DNA from: Lama glama
Lineage: Eukaryota
NCBI GenBank assembly: GCA_028534125.1
Contig: CM052840.1
Location: 29,822,001-29,886,000, forward strand
Length of the DNA: 64,000 bases
Reading direction: 5' to 3'
The stretch's first letter is position 1. Each line of letters starts with the position of its first letter. The notes below the pieces were generated by a model that was not told the DNA's origin, did not search any database, and saw only the letters and a program-made list of their open reading frames with translations. Positions 1 to 12,555 of the stretch are shown here, one piece after another. Both the position numbers and the translations under genes were made by a program.

Positions 1-321
1 CGGGGCTGGAGGTGCTGTGACCTCTGACACCTAGGCCCTGGCTCCCCAGGAGGGGCAGACTCAGCAGGAAGGGCCTTGGGAAGCTGTCCTGGGGAGCAGG
101 GCCTGGTCTACCTGGCCCAGGTGTGGGACCGAGGGTGGCAGTGGGGGCTGCATGGTGCAGGAGCTCGGAAATCCAGCTTCCGCTCCTCCCCCGACCACCC
201 CTCTGCAGCCTTCCTCCTTTCCGTCTGTTCTGCTCCTCTCCAGGGGTTGTCCCCGACCTGCTCCCCAGGCCCGGAGGTGTTTCCCTGAAGTGTCCCTCGG
301 TCCTGTTCCCACTGCCGCTGA

Positions 322-390
322 CTGGACATCCCCTAAGCTGTGTCCCTGGACATCCCCTAATCTGTGTCCCTGGACGTCCCCTCACCTGTG
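322..390 (+). repeat. 24-bp tandem repeat, ~2.9 copies (CTGGACATCCCCTAAGCTGTGTCC)
   Basis: units start at 322, 346 and 370; units 1 and 2 differ by one base. Confidence 0.9.
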
Positions 391-2174
391 GGGCTGCACC
401 AGCCTCTAACAGGCAGATCGCCCACCTCATTTCTGGTGCACTCTGCCCATCTTCAGAGTGCATCTTCCCAGGTCAGGTGCCTCCTCTGGCTCCCTGTGGC
501 CCAAAGGACCCACTTCGAAGACGCTCTGTCGTGGGCCCAAGCCCACCTGGCCAGCTTTGCTCCAATGAGGCTGGTCCTGCTCACATCCCTGCTTCCCTCC
601 TGCATTTGAGTATGTTCCCCTCCAGCCCGCAGGCCCACCAGCTTGTTCTCCACTCGATCAGGGCCAACGCGAGGCCCACTTCCTCCACAAAGTCCTCCCT
701 GGTTAATCCTCCGCACGGCGGTCACCCTGCAGGATGGCCTCATGCCCTAGTGGTGCCCATAAGCAAGCCAGCTTCTCAGCCAGAGTACCCGCCCGCCTGC
801 TCTGGGCAGCCAGGCCATGTTGCTCCCAACCACTCTCATCCTTGCCAATTCCCGGCCCCCCTAGCCTGCTGGCTCTTTTTGGGCACCACCCTGGATCCCT
901 AGGGCTCTACCGGGCTCTGCTTGAACTCTCAAACCGTGGGCTTCTGGCCCCAAACACACTCCATGCTCCACCTCCACCCCGACCCCCTCCTCCCTAGCAG
1001 GTCTCCCCATCCTGGCCCAAGACAGTGCCCTCTAAGAGTGCACATAGCCTGCCCGTCACCCCATGGCCACGGCTGAGCTTCTTTCCAGACCAAGTACTCA
1101 GTCTCCACTCCCCTTCCCGTGTGAAAGGGGAGCTCAAGGTGCTTCAGGGGAAACAAAACAAAGCCCCCTGTCCCCTGCCGGCTGCAGCCCCGAGCAGGAT
1201 GGGTGGGCACTTGGCATGGGCCCCAGCTCTCCGGCTCTCAGGTCAGGCAGGGGCAGCGTGGGTGGGCTAGGGAAGCCTTCCTGGGGAGGAAATTGAAGCC
1301 AGGACTCAAAGCAAGGGACAGAGTGAGGGGCAGCAAGGGCTCTCAAGGTGGAGGGGCCCAGCTTGGGTGGGAGAGGAAAGCAGGAAGAGGCGGGGGAGCT
1401 GGTCGGGTGACCCACGGGCACACCTGCGACCCGGAAGCTGGTCCTCCATCCCCTACTCCCGGAGAGGGGGTGGGGCCATTTTAGAGGCAAAATGCCCACA
1501 TGCAGAACCCAAGCTTGGAGACCCCACATATGATGCCTTTCCACGTGTTTTTTTAAAATAATAAATGTCAAATAAAGAGACTCTTAGTAGAGATACATTT
1601 TTTTAAAAATAGCTTCTAAGCTGCGTCAGCACAGTTTCTACATCTGCAAGCGTCTTGGTAAGAATGGACATGTGTAACAATGTGGTCGGGAGGTCTGGCA
1701 GGGCCTTCCAGCCCGTCCCGGTGCTCTGCCCAGCCAGGCTTTAGCGCACCTAGCACATTCCACGGCACTCGCTCCTGTCACAGCTGGTCGCCACCCCACG
1801 ACAAACGTGGAAATGCCTCATTGGACCAACGCCCCATATCCTGCCCTCCCGGGTTGGTGGGCCTGGCTGTGAAGTGTGGGGCGTGGGGAGACGTAGGCAC
1901 GTCCGTCTGTCTCGTGAGCCGATGCAGCGCAGCTCGGGGGTGAGGGCGGCCGTGGTGAGCAGGCCAGCACTGAAGCGGACGTGGGCCTGGAGGTTGATCA
2001 CAGCTGGCGAGGACACCACGCCCTGTGAGCCTAGTGGAGAGTGAGCTGGCCTCTCCGAGCCTCGGTTTCCTTGTCTGAAAGTTGGGCATTCTAGGAACAC
2101 CCCGCGACGCTGGCCAAGGGAGGTCACCCACCTTGGCTCCCTGCCGACACGCTGCCCTTTCCTCTGATTTGCAG

Positions 2175-2246
2175 GCGTCTCTCTGGGAACCACCTCTCAC
2201 ACATCCCGGGACAAGCGTTCGCCGGTCTCTACAGCCTGAAAACCCT
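2175..2246 (+). CDS. LGR6: LGR6 exon 3 (72 nt, LRR: [24 protein letters not shown])
   Basis: tttgcag acceptor, gtaagt donor, phase 2-2, LRR consensus. Confidence 0.96.
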
Positions 2247-3116
2247 GTAAGTCCAAGGACACCCGTGTTACCTGGACACAGGGCCTTGAGATCTCTGGGC
2301 AAAGTCAGGTTTCGAGCCCAGTGTCTCGGTTTGCCACTGGCTTCTTGCTTCCTTGTCTTCACTTCGTTTTGATTATTTCCATTTCTCTGCTCTCGCCTTG
2401 TCTGTAACAAACTTTATGGTTTGTAAACAAACATTTAATTGCACCTGATGCTCGTGCCACAGCGCAGGGACGCGAACTTGCTTCTTCTGTGACGTGCAGC
2501 GGGCCCGTCAGTCCAGGACTTCATGGGGCTGGGCCCAGGGACAGACCCTTGTGCTCCCCCAGACCTCCCAGGCCGGAGGGCTGGGACTGTTTCTGGAGAC
2601 GAATCGGCAGGTCCTCTCTGGGCCCTTCCCCTTGGCCCCAGGCTTGGTCTCTGGCTTCCACACTGAGTCTCATTCTCCTGTAAACTTTCTCCTCTCCCTC
2701 CCAGGCCCGCTCACCTTTCCTCAAAGCAAAAGGAAAGTGAGAATTGAAGAGGCCCTCTTATCACCTCCCCTAACGTCCCTCTTCCAGTGACCAGACGGCC
2801 CACTGGGGGAAGGGGGATGGAAGGCACCCCTACCTGACCCCGGTCCATGGCTCGTTTGTCCCCACCGGGGCTGTCGTCCCCTGGCCCCACGCCTGTTGCT
2901 GTGATGCGTGTGGGTGGAAGGAGGTGGGAGAGGAGGTGCAGAGGGTCTGCGGGCAGGGGGAGTGTTCCCTGGGAGGTCACCTCACCACGGGGACTGGCTT
3001 GGGAAGACAATGAGTACCCTGGGGGCTGATTCTGGAGCAATAGAAGAGCGTTAGAGACTTCCCAAAGTGGTGAGCCACTCCCCGCCTCTCCTGCCCCCCA
3101 GCCCTGACTTGACCTG

Positions 3117-3287
3117 CAGGTCTTCTTTATACAGTTGAGCAGGTTGTTCACTGCACAAGAGCATCCGGCTAAGGGGTGGGAAGGGGCTGAAATCCAGTCC
3201 TGTGCCTGCCTTAGGGCTACATCCGTCTAGAAAGGAGCACCTTTTTCTAATTCGCTCCAGGTAGTCCCTGGGCTAGCAGTGGCCCTG
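3117..3287. mobile_element. MER91-like hAT DNA transposon fossil
   Basis: CAGGG...CCCTG-type ends; TATACAGTTG-GCAGGTTG-CACTGCACAAG and GGGGCTGAAATCCAG and CCTTTTTCTAATTCGC resemble the MER91A consensus as I recall it. Confidence 0.65.
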
Positions 3288-5692
3288 TCCCTGTGGCCTG
3301 TGAGCTTCAGGCTCTGGCCAGTCAGCAGTCCCCAGCCCATCCCCTTCTTACTCCACGTGGTCGGACTCGGCACCGCTGGCCCCCAGCCTCTCTCTCGACC
3401 TGCCTCGGAGCCCCTGATCCCAGGGCTCTCTGGTCTCTCGTCTGCCCTTCCTCTGCTCAGCCTCTGTCGCAGCCTGGTCTCCTGCCCCCCACCTCCCTCT
3501 CTGCCTCAGACCTGCCCTCCCTCTCACCAGCCCTTCTTCTCCTTCTTCCTGCCTCTTCTCTCCGTCCGTCCTGCTCCCATCAACACCGCTGCCTGCAGGA
3601 CGATGGGGGAGGCGCCCTAAGCCAGACACAAGGCCCGGGCGGCCTGTGTGGAGGTGGGTCCCTGCCCAGCCAGGCCCCGACCTGCAGCCAGATCAGAGAG
3701 CAGGCTCTGTCTGTCGGGAATTCAGAGGACGTGAGACCCGTCCCTCGTTCCCGAGTCTCCAGCTTAGGGGTGAGCCTTTCTTCTTCGCCTGCTTTGGGCA
3801 AAAAGTCAAAGCTCCTGGAAGCTGCAGCCCTGCCCCTTCGCGGCCCAGCACAGTGGGCAGCTGGGTGGCTGGAGCCAGGGGCAGCCAGCTGTCCATCCCC
3901 TCCCGCCACTGACCCTGGGCCCCCAAAGCCTTCATGTCCACTCTGCCTGCAGACCCCTCTGCTTCGGGGTGAGTGGGTGGTCTTGGGGAGCGTGTCCTTT
4001 TACTCAGCGCCTTCCAAGCAAGGGGCTTCACCTGCATCTGAGCAAGAAGTGCTTCACAGTGTCTGGTGTCTCCTTCTCCTGCCTCGGTGCCCTTTGTCAC
4101 TCCTTTTCAGACCTGTACGAGAAAGACAGCAGAGCCCCCCCATTGGCACAATGTCCCCTCCGGTGCCAAGGGACAGGGTCACTTCAGCAGCTCCCTGGAC
4201 CCTTGTCTGAGCTGCATCTTCCTTCCTGTGGGGCTGGGCTGTCCGGGTGGGACACCCGACCTCCATCCTGCCCTCCCAGAGGCCGAGGACCAACACGAGG
4301 GTACTTCCTCCTGACTCTCCCCCAGTGGCTGTGGCAGGACCCCTGCGTCCCTCCCCCAGCCCCACACCTGACCTGAGGTGTCACTCTTGGGCCTCGCCTT
4401 CCTCTGCTGGTTCTCCACGTCTTCGGCCCACAGGTTCCGGTCAAGCCCCTGCCTCAGGCCTTTTCCTGAGACTCTAGGTGGGGTCTCTGTCCCGCAGAGC
4501 CCTGAAGGCTGCGTGCTCGGGTTCACTGCCCCTGCCCAGCTCCACCATCGGGGCTGCCCTCAGGGAGGCCACGGTTCTTTCCTCCCGGGTCTGTGAGTAG
4601 ATGCAGGAGCCTCTGAGGACTGGTGCCTGTTGGGTGAGGGGGCACCTGTGGCCAGAGCTCCTCATCCCACCCCACGCCTGGGGCCGTGGAGCTGGCCAGG
4701 GAGGAGCAACACCCTGCAGGGGGTAAGAGGTGGCTGGCACACATGGTCTCCCTGGAGGCCCCACCCGCAGCTCCAGAGCAGCCTGCCCTAGGATAGACCT
4801 GCTCCCTCGGGACAGTGCCTGGACAGGAGGGCCGGATGGCGGGCGTGCGGGCCGCCAGGTGGGGCCGCTTTCTGCCTGCCCCCAGCTGTTCCCTGACCCC
4901 TGGGTGGCCAGCCCCGCCCCATGGGCCTGCCTCCTCCTCATTTCTGGGCAGCTCTAGAGGCCGGCGGTGGATAGGGGGATGCTGCAAAGGCCGCTACCAC
5001 CCAGGCCCTCCTCAGAGCCAGGCGGGCAGGACCCCCACCCAGGGCCCGAGTCTTCAGGGACTCCCTGTGCTTTGGAGTGACTTCCGCAGCCTTTTCTGAG
5101 GACAGCTCTGGTGCCTGGGGTCGGCAGTGCCACCCAAGGGGGCCCAGACCCCCCTTTCTCCCCTGCTGCCCGCTCCCTGACCCACCACCCTGCGGGGCCG
5201 GGAGGGCAGCCTCCTGGGGGATCTGTCCACAGGCCGTGTGCGATGGGGCCCCCGGGCTGTCCCGACACGCCGATCCGGACATCTCCGTTGGCTCTACAGA
5301 TAGGCAGCCCACAGCTGCATGTCTGCCTGGGCCCCTCACCCTCCCCTTCCTCAGGGAACCCTCCGCCTCTCAGCTGCAGACAGAGAAGCGGAGGCCAGGG
5401 AGGAGTGACACCTTTCCCCGCGTCCTCCCGGACCGAAGTGCGAGGGAGTCCCGTGCTCTGTTTCCTGGCCTCGCTGCTTCCCCGAGGGGCCCCTCTGCTT
5501 CTCTCCAGTCCTGCCTCGGCCCACGAGCCCTTCCGAGGCAGCCTCCCAGCCCGGGCCCAGCCCCCAACACCTCCACAGCCTCTGGACGCCTGTGGGGCTG
5601 GGAAGGGGCCAGGGCTCTCTGGGCTCCAAATAGGCCTGGCGTGGGGCCGTTCGAGGCCGTGCGGTCCTTCACGCCGTCTCCTTTCCTTCCAG

Positions 5693-5764
5693 GATGCTGC
5701 AGAACAACCGGCTGGGAGGCGTCCCTGCGGAGGCACTGTGGGAGCTGCCGAGCCTGCAGTCTCT
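5693..5764 (+). CDS. LGR6: LGR6 exon 4 (72 nt, [24 protein letters not shown])
   Basis: ctttccttccag acceptor, gtgagt donor, LRR. Confidence 0.96.
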
Positions 5765-7339
5765 GTGAGTCCATGGCGGGTGGGCCTGGACACCTGCTTC
5801 CTGGGCCTGAGTCACGGCCCCGGCCCTCGGGCCCCTTCACTCCGTGTCCCTGTGGCGCGCTCCAGGCTTTGGTTTTTCTGGGGGCTTGTGGCAGGAAGTC
5901 GTGTGCACACTTGCGTGGGTATTTTGGGGTCGGGAGGCACCCAGCCCCGCCGGAGGAGGGTGGGGATGGGGCCTCTGGGGCCGTCGTCCCGGGGTGTCTG
6001 GCCTTCTGCCAAGGAGCCTGGGTGGAGGTTGGCTGGAGGCTGCCGCCCCAGAGAAGCGTCAGGAGCCGTCTGTCTCCCCACCTCACCCGCTCTGACCCTC
6101 AGCTTGGTGGGGTGCCGCTCAGACACTCATTTCCCCAGAGTCCTGGACTCACTGGCTGCCCATGACCCGTCCATCCCTCCCTCCAGGGAGCCCTGCAGTT
6201 CCTCTCCTGTCCATTAGGGGTGTTGTGGCCCCAGGATGGACGCAGAAACAGGTGCTGTGGTCTCCCGGCAGGTGATGGGTGCGCACCACGGGGCCTGGAA
6301 CACAGTTGGTGCCTGACGCATGCCCTGTGAGGCAGCTGAATTTCTAGGTACATCTGCGTCTGACGGGAGAGAAGTCAAAGCTGGGAACCAGGACTGGGCC
6401 TAACCTTCAGCCATGGGGGTGACGGAGGCCCACTTAGCATGCGGTGTCTCAGGACAGAGGCCTCTGGTGTCCTGGCCTGTGGTCCCTGCCCCATCCTCTC
6501 GTCCTCACGACCCACCATACACAGAGGGCAGGCGTAGGGGCCCAGCCCTGCCACCCAACCCAGGCCTGTCTCCCTCCTTCCTGCCCTGACCCTCCACCCT
6601 CCCCAGATGCCGAAGTGGTAGAGCTGCCCCTACCTCCCCCATCCTCCTCCATTTCCACCCTCCACCCCTACAAGGGCTGGGCCTCTGGGGGTCACCTCCT
6701 CTCCCTCTGTCCAGAGTCACCAATGAACAGGGTCAGGCCGCTGGTGTGCCCCTCGAGGCCAAGGTCAGAGGATCAAAGGCCAGGAAGGCTGGGCCTACTC
6801 CCCTCCCAGGAAAGACTAAACCATTGCTCCGGGCACCAGCGACGCAGGGGCAGTTTGACATTTCGTGCAAAGTATCCAAGAAGTCTTCACAGGGGCAAAG
6901 ACTTTCCCCAGACTTTTTCACACTTCCTCTGAGGTGAATGTTTTATACTGCGACTTGCATCTTTTTTGTGCTCAGGAACTCTGAAGGTCTCGTCTTCTAG
7001 ACACGTGGGCCACACAGGCAGTTCCTGTGCTCCTGAGGGGTGGCAGCCCCGTGGCTGGGAGACCTAGCTGATCCAGCTGTCGCTCCTGCTGCCCGGGGTG
7101 GGGGGGTGTGTGGCAGGGCAGGGGCGCAGCACTCCCTGGGTGTGACGCAGACCTGACCAGCAGGCTTGGCCCCCTGCTGGGCTCTGGCACTCACTGTGGA
7201 GTCTCTGACCCTCTCTGTGCCCCGTGGGGGTGCTGACCTCCCCTGCCGAGCTCACAGGGCTCCATGAGGAGCTCACGCGGTCAGTGTGAGGACCTGGCAC
7301 GGCTGTGATGTGTGCTGATGCGCCTGTGATTTTGCTCAC

Positions 7340-8320
7340 TTGACTGGTCACCCACTCGTTGTCTTTACACATGTTTTTGAGGCTTGGAGGCTTGGCTGGA
7401 AAGGCAAAACCTGAGTTTTTGCATCTTGAAGGATCAGGTGAAGAGGCAGGGAAGGGCGTTCCAGGCAGAGGGAACAGCATATGCAAAGACTCAGAGACAA
7501 GGAGGAAGTGAGTGAATTGCGGAGAGTGTGCAAGGGGGCGAGTCTGGCTGCCTGTTGTGGGGTGCTGGGGGCAGGGGCAGGAGGGAGTGAGACCTGGAAT
7601 CAGGGAGGGATGAGGATTTGGACTTTGTGCTTAAGACCCTGGGGAGCCGAGGAAGGACTTTCAGCAGGAGAGTGATGCGATGGAGTTCGCATCATCAAAC
7701 ATCATGCTGGCAGCAGTCAAGGAGGACAGCCTGGAGGCAGGAGCCAGCGACTGGCTCCTATGCTGATAGATCATGATGGAGTCGACGGAAAGGTGGGGCA
7801 GCGGCTTGAGGAGCAGTTGACCGACTCTGGGGACATCAAGGAGCCGGGCCATCAGAACCCAGCCCTGGGGGTTGCGTCTCAGCTCCTTCGCTCCCTGTAA
7901 GGCCTGGGCGGTTACTGACCTCGGTGCGTCTGCTCCTTTTCCAGTAAAACGGAGGTGGGGAGAGCGCCCATGTCTCTCGACAGGATGGAAGGAAATACGG
8001 GCCGGCACCTCTGTGCTACTTCTGCCGCGGTTACTCTTACTGCTGGCGGGTTGACTGGAGGTGGGTGTGAGGGAGAGAAGGGGCCAGACTGACCACGGGC
8101 TCCGGGCTCGGACACCGGGCTGGACGCGGAGGCCGGGGCTGGGAGCCTGGCGTGTGGCGGAGCTTAGTAAGGACGTGCCGAGCAAGTAGTGAGCCGTGAA
8201 CCCCAGGGGACGAGCTCGGGGGGCGCAGGGCAAGGGGACGCTCAGGTCCCTTTGGACTTGTTGAGTTGAGGTGCCTGCAGGGAGGCGACCAGGCATCCAG
8301 GACAAGCTGGAACGCGGGTC
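7340..8320 (-). mobile_element. LINE-2 fragment(s)
   Basis: GGGAAGGGCGTTCCAGGCAGAGGGAACAGCATATGCAAAG, ATTTGGACTTT, TTTGGACTTGTTGAGTTGAGGTGCCTG are typical antisense L2 3' sequences; boundaries approximate. Confidence 0.7.
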
Positions 8321-10121
8321 GTTCTACCGAAGGACACCAGCGCGTGAGTGAGTGTTGTGCTCGTGTGGACGTGTGCGTGTGCGTGTGCGTGGGTGTGTTG
8401 GGAGTGGGGTGTTGTAGAACTCACTTAAAGGTTCTGTTCGGTGGCTGTTACCTCCTGAGATTTTGGAGCTGGGGGCCTCGAAGTGAGGCCCCGTCCCCCT
8501 GACTCAGGCAGAGTCTGGAGCACCAGGCCCAGCCTGCCGGGCTGAGGGGCGAGGGTGCGGCAGTGGTTGTGTCGAGCCCCCATGCCGGGCCAGCACTGTG
8601 TGTGGTGTTTTATACTCCTGACCTGATTTCATCCTCGCAAAGCCCCTCTCTGCTGTCAGACGAGGGAGCAGAGGCTCAGACAAGCTCTGGGGAGGGCAGG
8701 GCCACCCGGGGATGCTGGACTTCGAAGGCTGTGTCCTTCTGTCACGGCTGAAAGGAAGCCTCTTTGGTGGCCATCGTCAGGTGCCTGCCCTCCTTCCCCA
8801 CAAGTGCTGGCAAAACGAATGCCTGTTGGGAGTCAAAGGATTGGGAATGAGTCTGGGGACACATCCCTGCCTGTGCCTCTCTGCTCCTGGGAGAGGTGTG
8901 TCCACAGCAGGCCAGGCCCCAGGGACTTGGCTGTTCCAAGGTCCCGTGGACATTCCTGGAATGTTGGTGGAGGTCCCACTCTTCCCGGCCAGAATCAGAT
9001 GTCCGGCCTGGGAAGCGGGCTTGGGGAGTGCGGAGTGGCCAGTGGGGCAGGGGCCCAGAGACTCAGCTCCCCATGGCGCCCCTCCCTGGCCGCGTGGGAA
9101 GGAGAGGTGGCCGCACCAGATGTGTCACGCCAGGCTGGGGCCATGGCCAAGAGAAACCGCAAGCAGCCAGCCGAGCCCAGGGAAGGTAGGAACTGGGTGG
9201 GGGTGAGGAGGGTCCACGGAGAAGCAGGAGAACAGCCCAGAAAGACCCAGGCCTGGGCCGGGGGGGGCCCGAGCAGAACCAGGGAAGCGCAGCGGCAGCA
9301 GCAAAGGGAGGAAACAGGAAGCAGCCCGGCCTGGCCCCCCACCCCAGCCCCGGGAGAAGCGCGTGACTGCTGGGGGCGCCCTGAAGCCCCAACCCCGTGC
9401 CGAGCTGTGAAGTTCACCAAGAGCCATGTCAGACTCCAGACAGACCCAGCTGGCACCGGCGCAGCCCCCAGCCCCGGCCGCCTGCCGGGGGTCGGCGGGC
9501 ATGGGGCTGCTCCTGAGCCGCTGGCGATGCTGCGGGCCTGTTCTCGGGGGCTCTGCCAGGGCTGGTCTCCCCGAGCGCGCCCAGGCCCCTGGGAATTGGT
9601 GAGGTGGGAGGAGGACAGGCCTGAGCTTCGCCAGGAGAACATGGCCAAACCATGCCGCCCAGTGCCCGAGGCTTCTGAGGGACTGGGGGGGCTTCCTGGG
9701 GAGAGCAGCCAGCACAGGGCTTCTGAGAAGGCCCCCTCATCCAATGCCTTTGGCCCTCCTCCGAGGGACGGCCGTCCCAGAGACCGGCGATGGCCAGCAC
9801 TCCGTGGCCGTCTCCGTGTGTGAGCCGCTTCTCCTCACAACCTCCCTTCACGTCCCAGCTCTGTGGGAGGGACATCCTGGTAGCCTCATCACCCTAATTT
9901 CATAGCCTGAGGCACAAGGACACAGACAAGAGGTAGCAGGGCCGGGGCGGACACTCGGGCCGCCCAGCCTGTAGTCCATGCACGCACTCAAGGTGATTCT
10001 GAGGGCGCTGCTGGAGCAGAAGAGAAGCCCTGAGAGACAGGCCAGCCGCGTTGGCAGAGCACCTGCTCTGCGGCTGGCCTTGGAGCGTGCCCCCCGCTGG
10101 GGGTGCCCAAGGGCCCTGGGA

Positions 10122-10420
10122 CTCTGGCTGCACTGCTGTGACAACGTGTCACAGACGGGGGGGCTGACAAACAGCAGAGATCCACCTCCAACCGCACCCG
10201 AGCCTGGCCGCCTGGGTTCTGGCGAGGACCCTCTCCCGAGCGCAGACCGTCGGCTTCCGCTGCACCTTCACGCCGGGGACGGAAGTTCCTTCCTGACCTG
10301 CTCACTGGGGTTCCGCGCTCATGGCCCGTTACCTCCAGGGCCTTGCTTCCTAGTCCATCGTGTTGGGGTGGGGGGTGGAAGCGTGACTTTTGCGGGGACA
10401 TAAACATTTATCCGTAACTA
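10122..10420. mobile_element. MLT1A-like MaLR LTR fragment
   Basis: CTGCTGTGACAAC...CACAGAC-GGGGGCTGACAAACAGCAGA start and GGGGACATAAACATTTATCCGTAAC end resemble MLT1A. Confidence 0.6.
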
Positions 10421-10894
10421 GGGGACAGGGCTGGGCTGGGGCTGCTGACACTCTGGCATCAGCATTGAACCCTAGAGACCCCTGGTCCCGACCCGGGAGA
10501 GGGCGTGGGGCTGGCTGTAACTAATAACACCCACTAGTGAAGGGCCTTAGGACGCTGTCACCAGGAAGAGCTCTTCTGTCTCACGCGCACAAGGGGGAGT
10601 CAGCCGTTTTGCAGACGGATCTGAGGGCGGGGCCCTGCCCCAGACAGAGCCTGGTGGAACGCGCAGGGTCTTCTCGTGGTGAGCGCCGGCCTCCCTCCCC
10701 ACTCAAGCCTCCTGGAAGCACATCTTCAGGAGGCCCCCGGGGGGGCCTGGCCAGTTTCAAGAGAAGGAGCCAATTGTGCACGGGGTTGGGGCTCCCTGCA
10801 GGAGGCACTGTCTCCGACGCCTGAGTACTGAGGAAGGAGGAAGCTCACGGGACCAAGAAGTTGGGCTCACACGGTCTGGAGGGAACTTGCAGAG

Positions 10895-11065
10895 CAGTGG
10901 TTCTCCAAGCCGGGTCCCTGGGCCAGCAGCACCAGCCCCACCTGGGAATCTGCCGGAAATCCACACTCCCAGGCCCCCCCGGACCTGCCGAATCAGAAAC
11001 TCTGGAGGTGGGACCAGTAATTGCATTCACAAGCCCCAGGGGGTTCTGACATCCACTGAAGAGTA
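10895..11065. mobile_element. MER5A-like hAT-Charlie fossil
   Basis: CAGTGGTTCTC start, CCAGCAGCACCAGC, CACCTGGGAA, GAATCAGAAACTCTGG. Confidence 0.75.
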
Positions 11066-11088
11066 AGAGCCAGTTATGGAAGAGGGGC

Positions 11089-11464
11089 GTGTCAGTGTCC
11101 TGGGGCTGCCACAATTCCCCGTGCATGCACTGGCGGCTGAAGCAGCAGGTGGTTGCCTCAGTCCTGGGGGCCCGAGGTCTGAATCGCGGGTGTCAGCCGG
11201 GCCACGTTCTGCCTCGGGCCCCTTCATCTTCTGCTGTGCCGGCCTTCCTGGGGCTGCGTCTCTGGGCCTTCCCGTGGCCTCCCCTCTCCTCTGTGTGTCT
11301 CTGTGCCTCTTACAGGGAAGCTTGTCGTTGGGTTTAGGGCCGCCCAGATACTTGGGCTCCTTAACTTAGTTACACCTGCGAAGACCCTTTTCCAAAGAAA
11401 GTTCTGCCCTCAGGTTCTGGGAGTCGGGCTCACCATCTCGGACGGCACCATGCAACCCACTAAA
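11089..11464. mobile_element. MLT1B/C-like MaLR LTR
   Basis: TCCTGGGGCTGCC start; TCCTTAACTTAGTTACACCTGCGAAGACCCTTTTCCAAA; CACCATGCAACCCACTA end. Confidence 0.75.
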
Positions 11465-12465
11465 GAGTACGGGGGTGTCAGAGAAGGGCGAGTGAGGGTC
11501 CTGCGGAGAATGGCGGGGTGAGATGCTGAGAGCGGAGTCAGAAGGGAACAGGAGGTCTGGTGAGGGCAGCGGCCCGCGGGCCGGCTGGGCTACAGTGAGG
11601 GCCTTGCGTGATAAGGCCCCACACTGGGGAGGAGGGGGCAGCGGGCCTGGAGGCTGGGTGACTCTGATCCCAGGCCTTGTCCTGGAGATGCCCGGCCTGC
11701 CGTGGACCAGCCCCCGAGCTGCCCCCGAGCTCTCAGGTGATCTGGTGAATGTTGTCGGCACCTCCCAACTTACCCGCCAGCCAGAGAGGGACAGAGGCCC
11801 AGCTGCGCGGTGGGGCCCCCGCAGGTCCCCAGGGATCGCGAGGTGGCAGCTGGCCTCCCTGGCACGGCTATTTCAGGCTCCATGATTACATGCTACTGGA
11901 TTTGGACCTCCCCAAGGTTCCGGGAGTTGATTGCTACATGCGTCTGGGGCAGAGGCTGCTTCGAGGTGGGTGGGGGCGGGCACGCGGGCTCCGCATGTGC
12001 TGATGGTCTGAACACGGGCGTTTGGCCCCTGGAGCTCCAAGGGGAGCGTCTGTGTGGGCTGGGCCCTGGGTCCTGCGGAGGCGCCTTCAGCCATAAATGC
12101 TGGTCTGGGAAGGAGGGAGGTGGCCCGAGCTGGCCCACCCAGGAGCAGCCTGGTACCTCGGCCCCACGGGGAGCACCCCAGCCTGGGCTCCCGGGTCTCC
12201 TCAGCCCCAGGAGCTCCCGCTGGCCTAGGCCTAGGGGCCCAGGAGAGGCAGGGCACCCAGGCGGGGGTGTGGGAGCTGACCACGCAGATTCGGTTTAGCT
12301 GCACATGGCCCCCAGCAGAGCCAAGATGTGCGGTGATCCCCTCCCTCACGGGGAGGTGACAGAAGCAAGGTTCCTCCCTGCTCTTCCTGAGCAGCCGATG
12401 CCAGTGCAGAGCCCTGGCCTGGGTTCCAGGTGTGTCCGGAGGGAGGAGGACACCTGACCCCGGGC

Positions 12466-12555
12466 ATTCATCCATCTGACTGTCCATCTGTGCATCTGTC
12501 CATCTGTCCTTTCACTCATCCATCCACACATCTGTCTGTCCGTCCATCCATCCAC
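12466..12555 (+). repeat. Degenerate (TCCA/TCTG)n microsatellite, probably an L2 tail
   Basis: CATCCATCTG...TCCATCCATCC; followed by L2-like GCTGAGCACC...AATAAGACA. Confidence 0.75.

Noticed and set aside
322-390. CRISPR-like direct repeats
   Set aside because: Head-to-tail tandem units without spacers, in a mammalian intron, with no cas genes.
4954-6217. Overlapping 238-368 aa ORFs around exon 4
   Set aside because: Pro/Gly/Arg/Ala-rich low-information translations caused by stop-codon scarcity in GC-rich DNA; only the 72-nt exon is supported.
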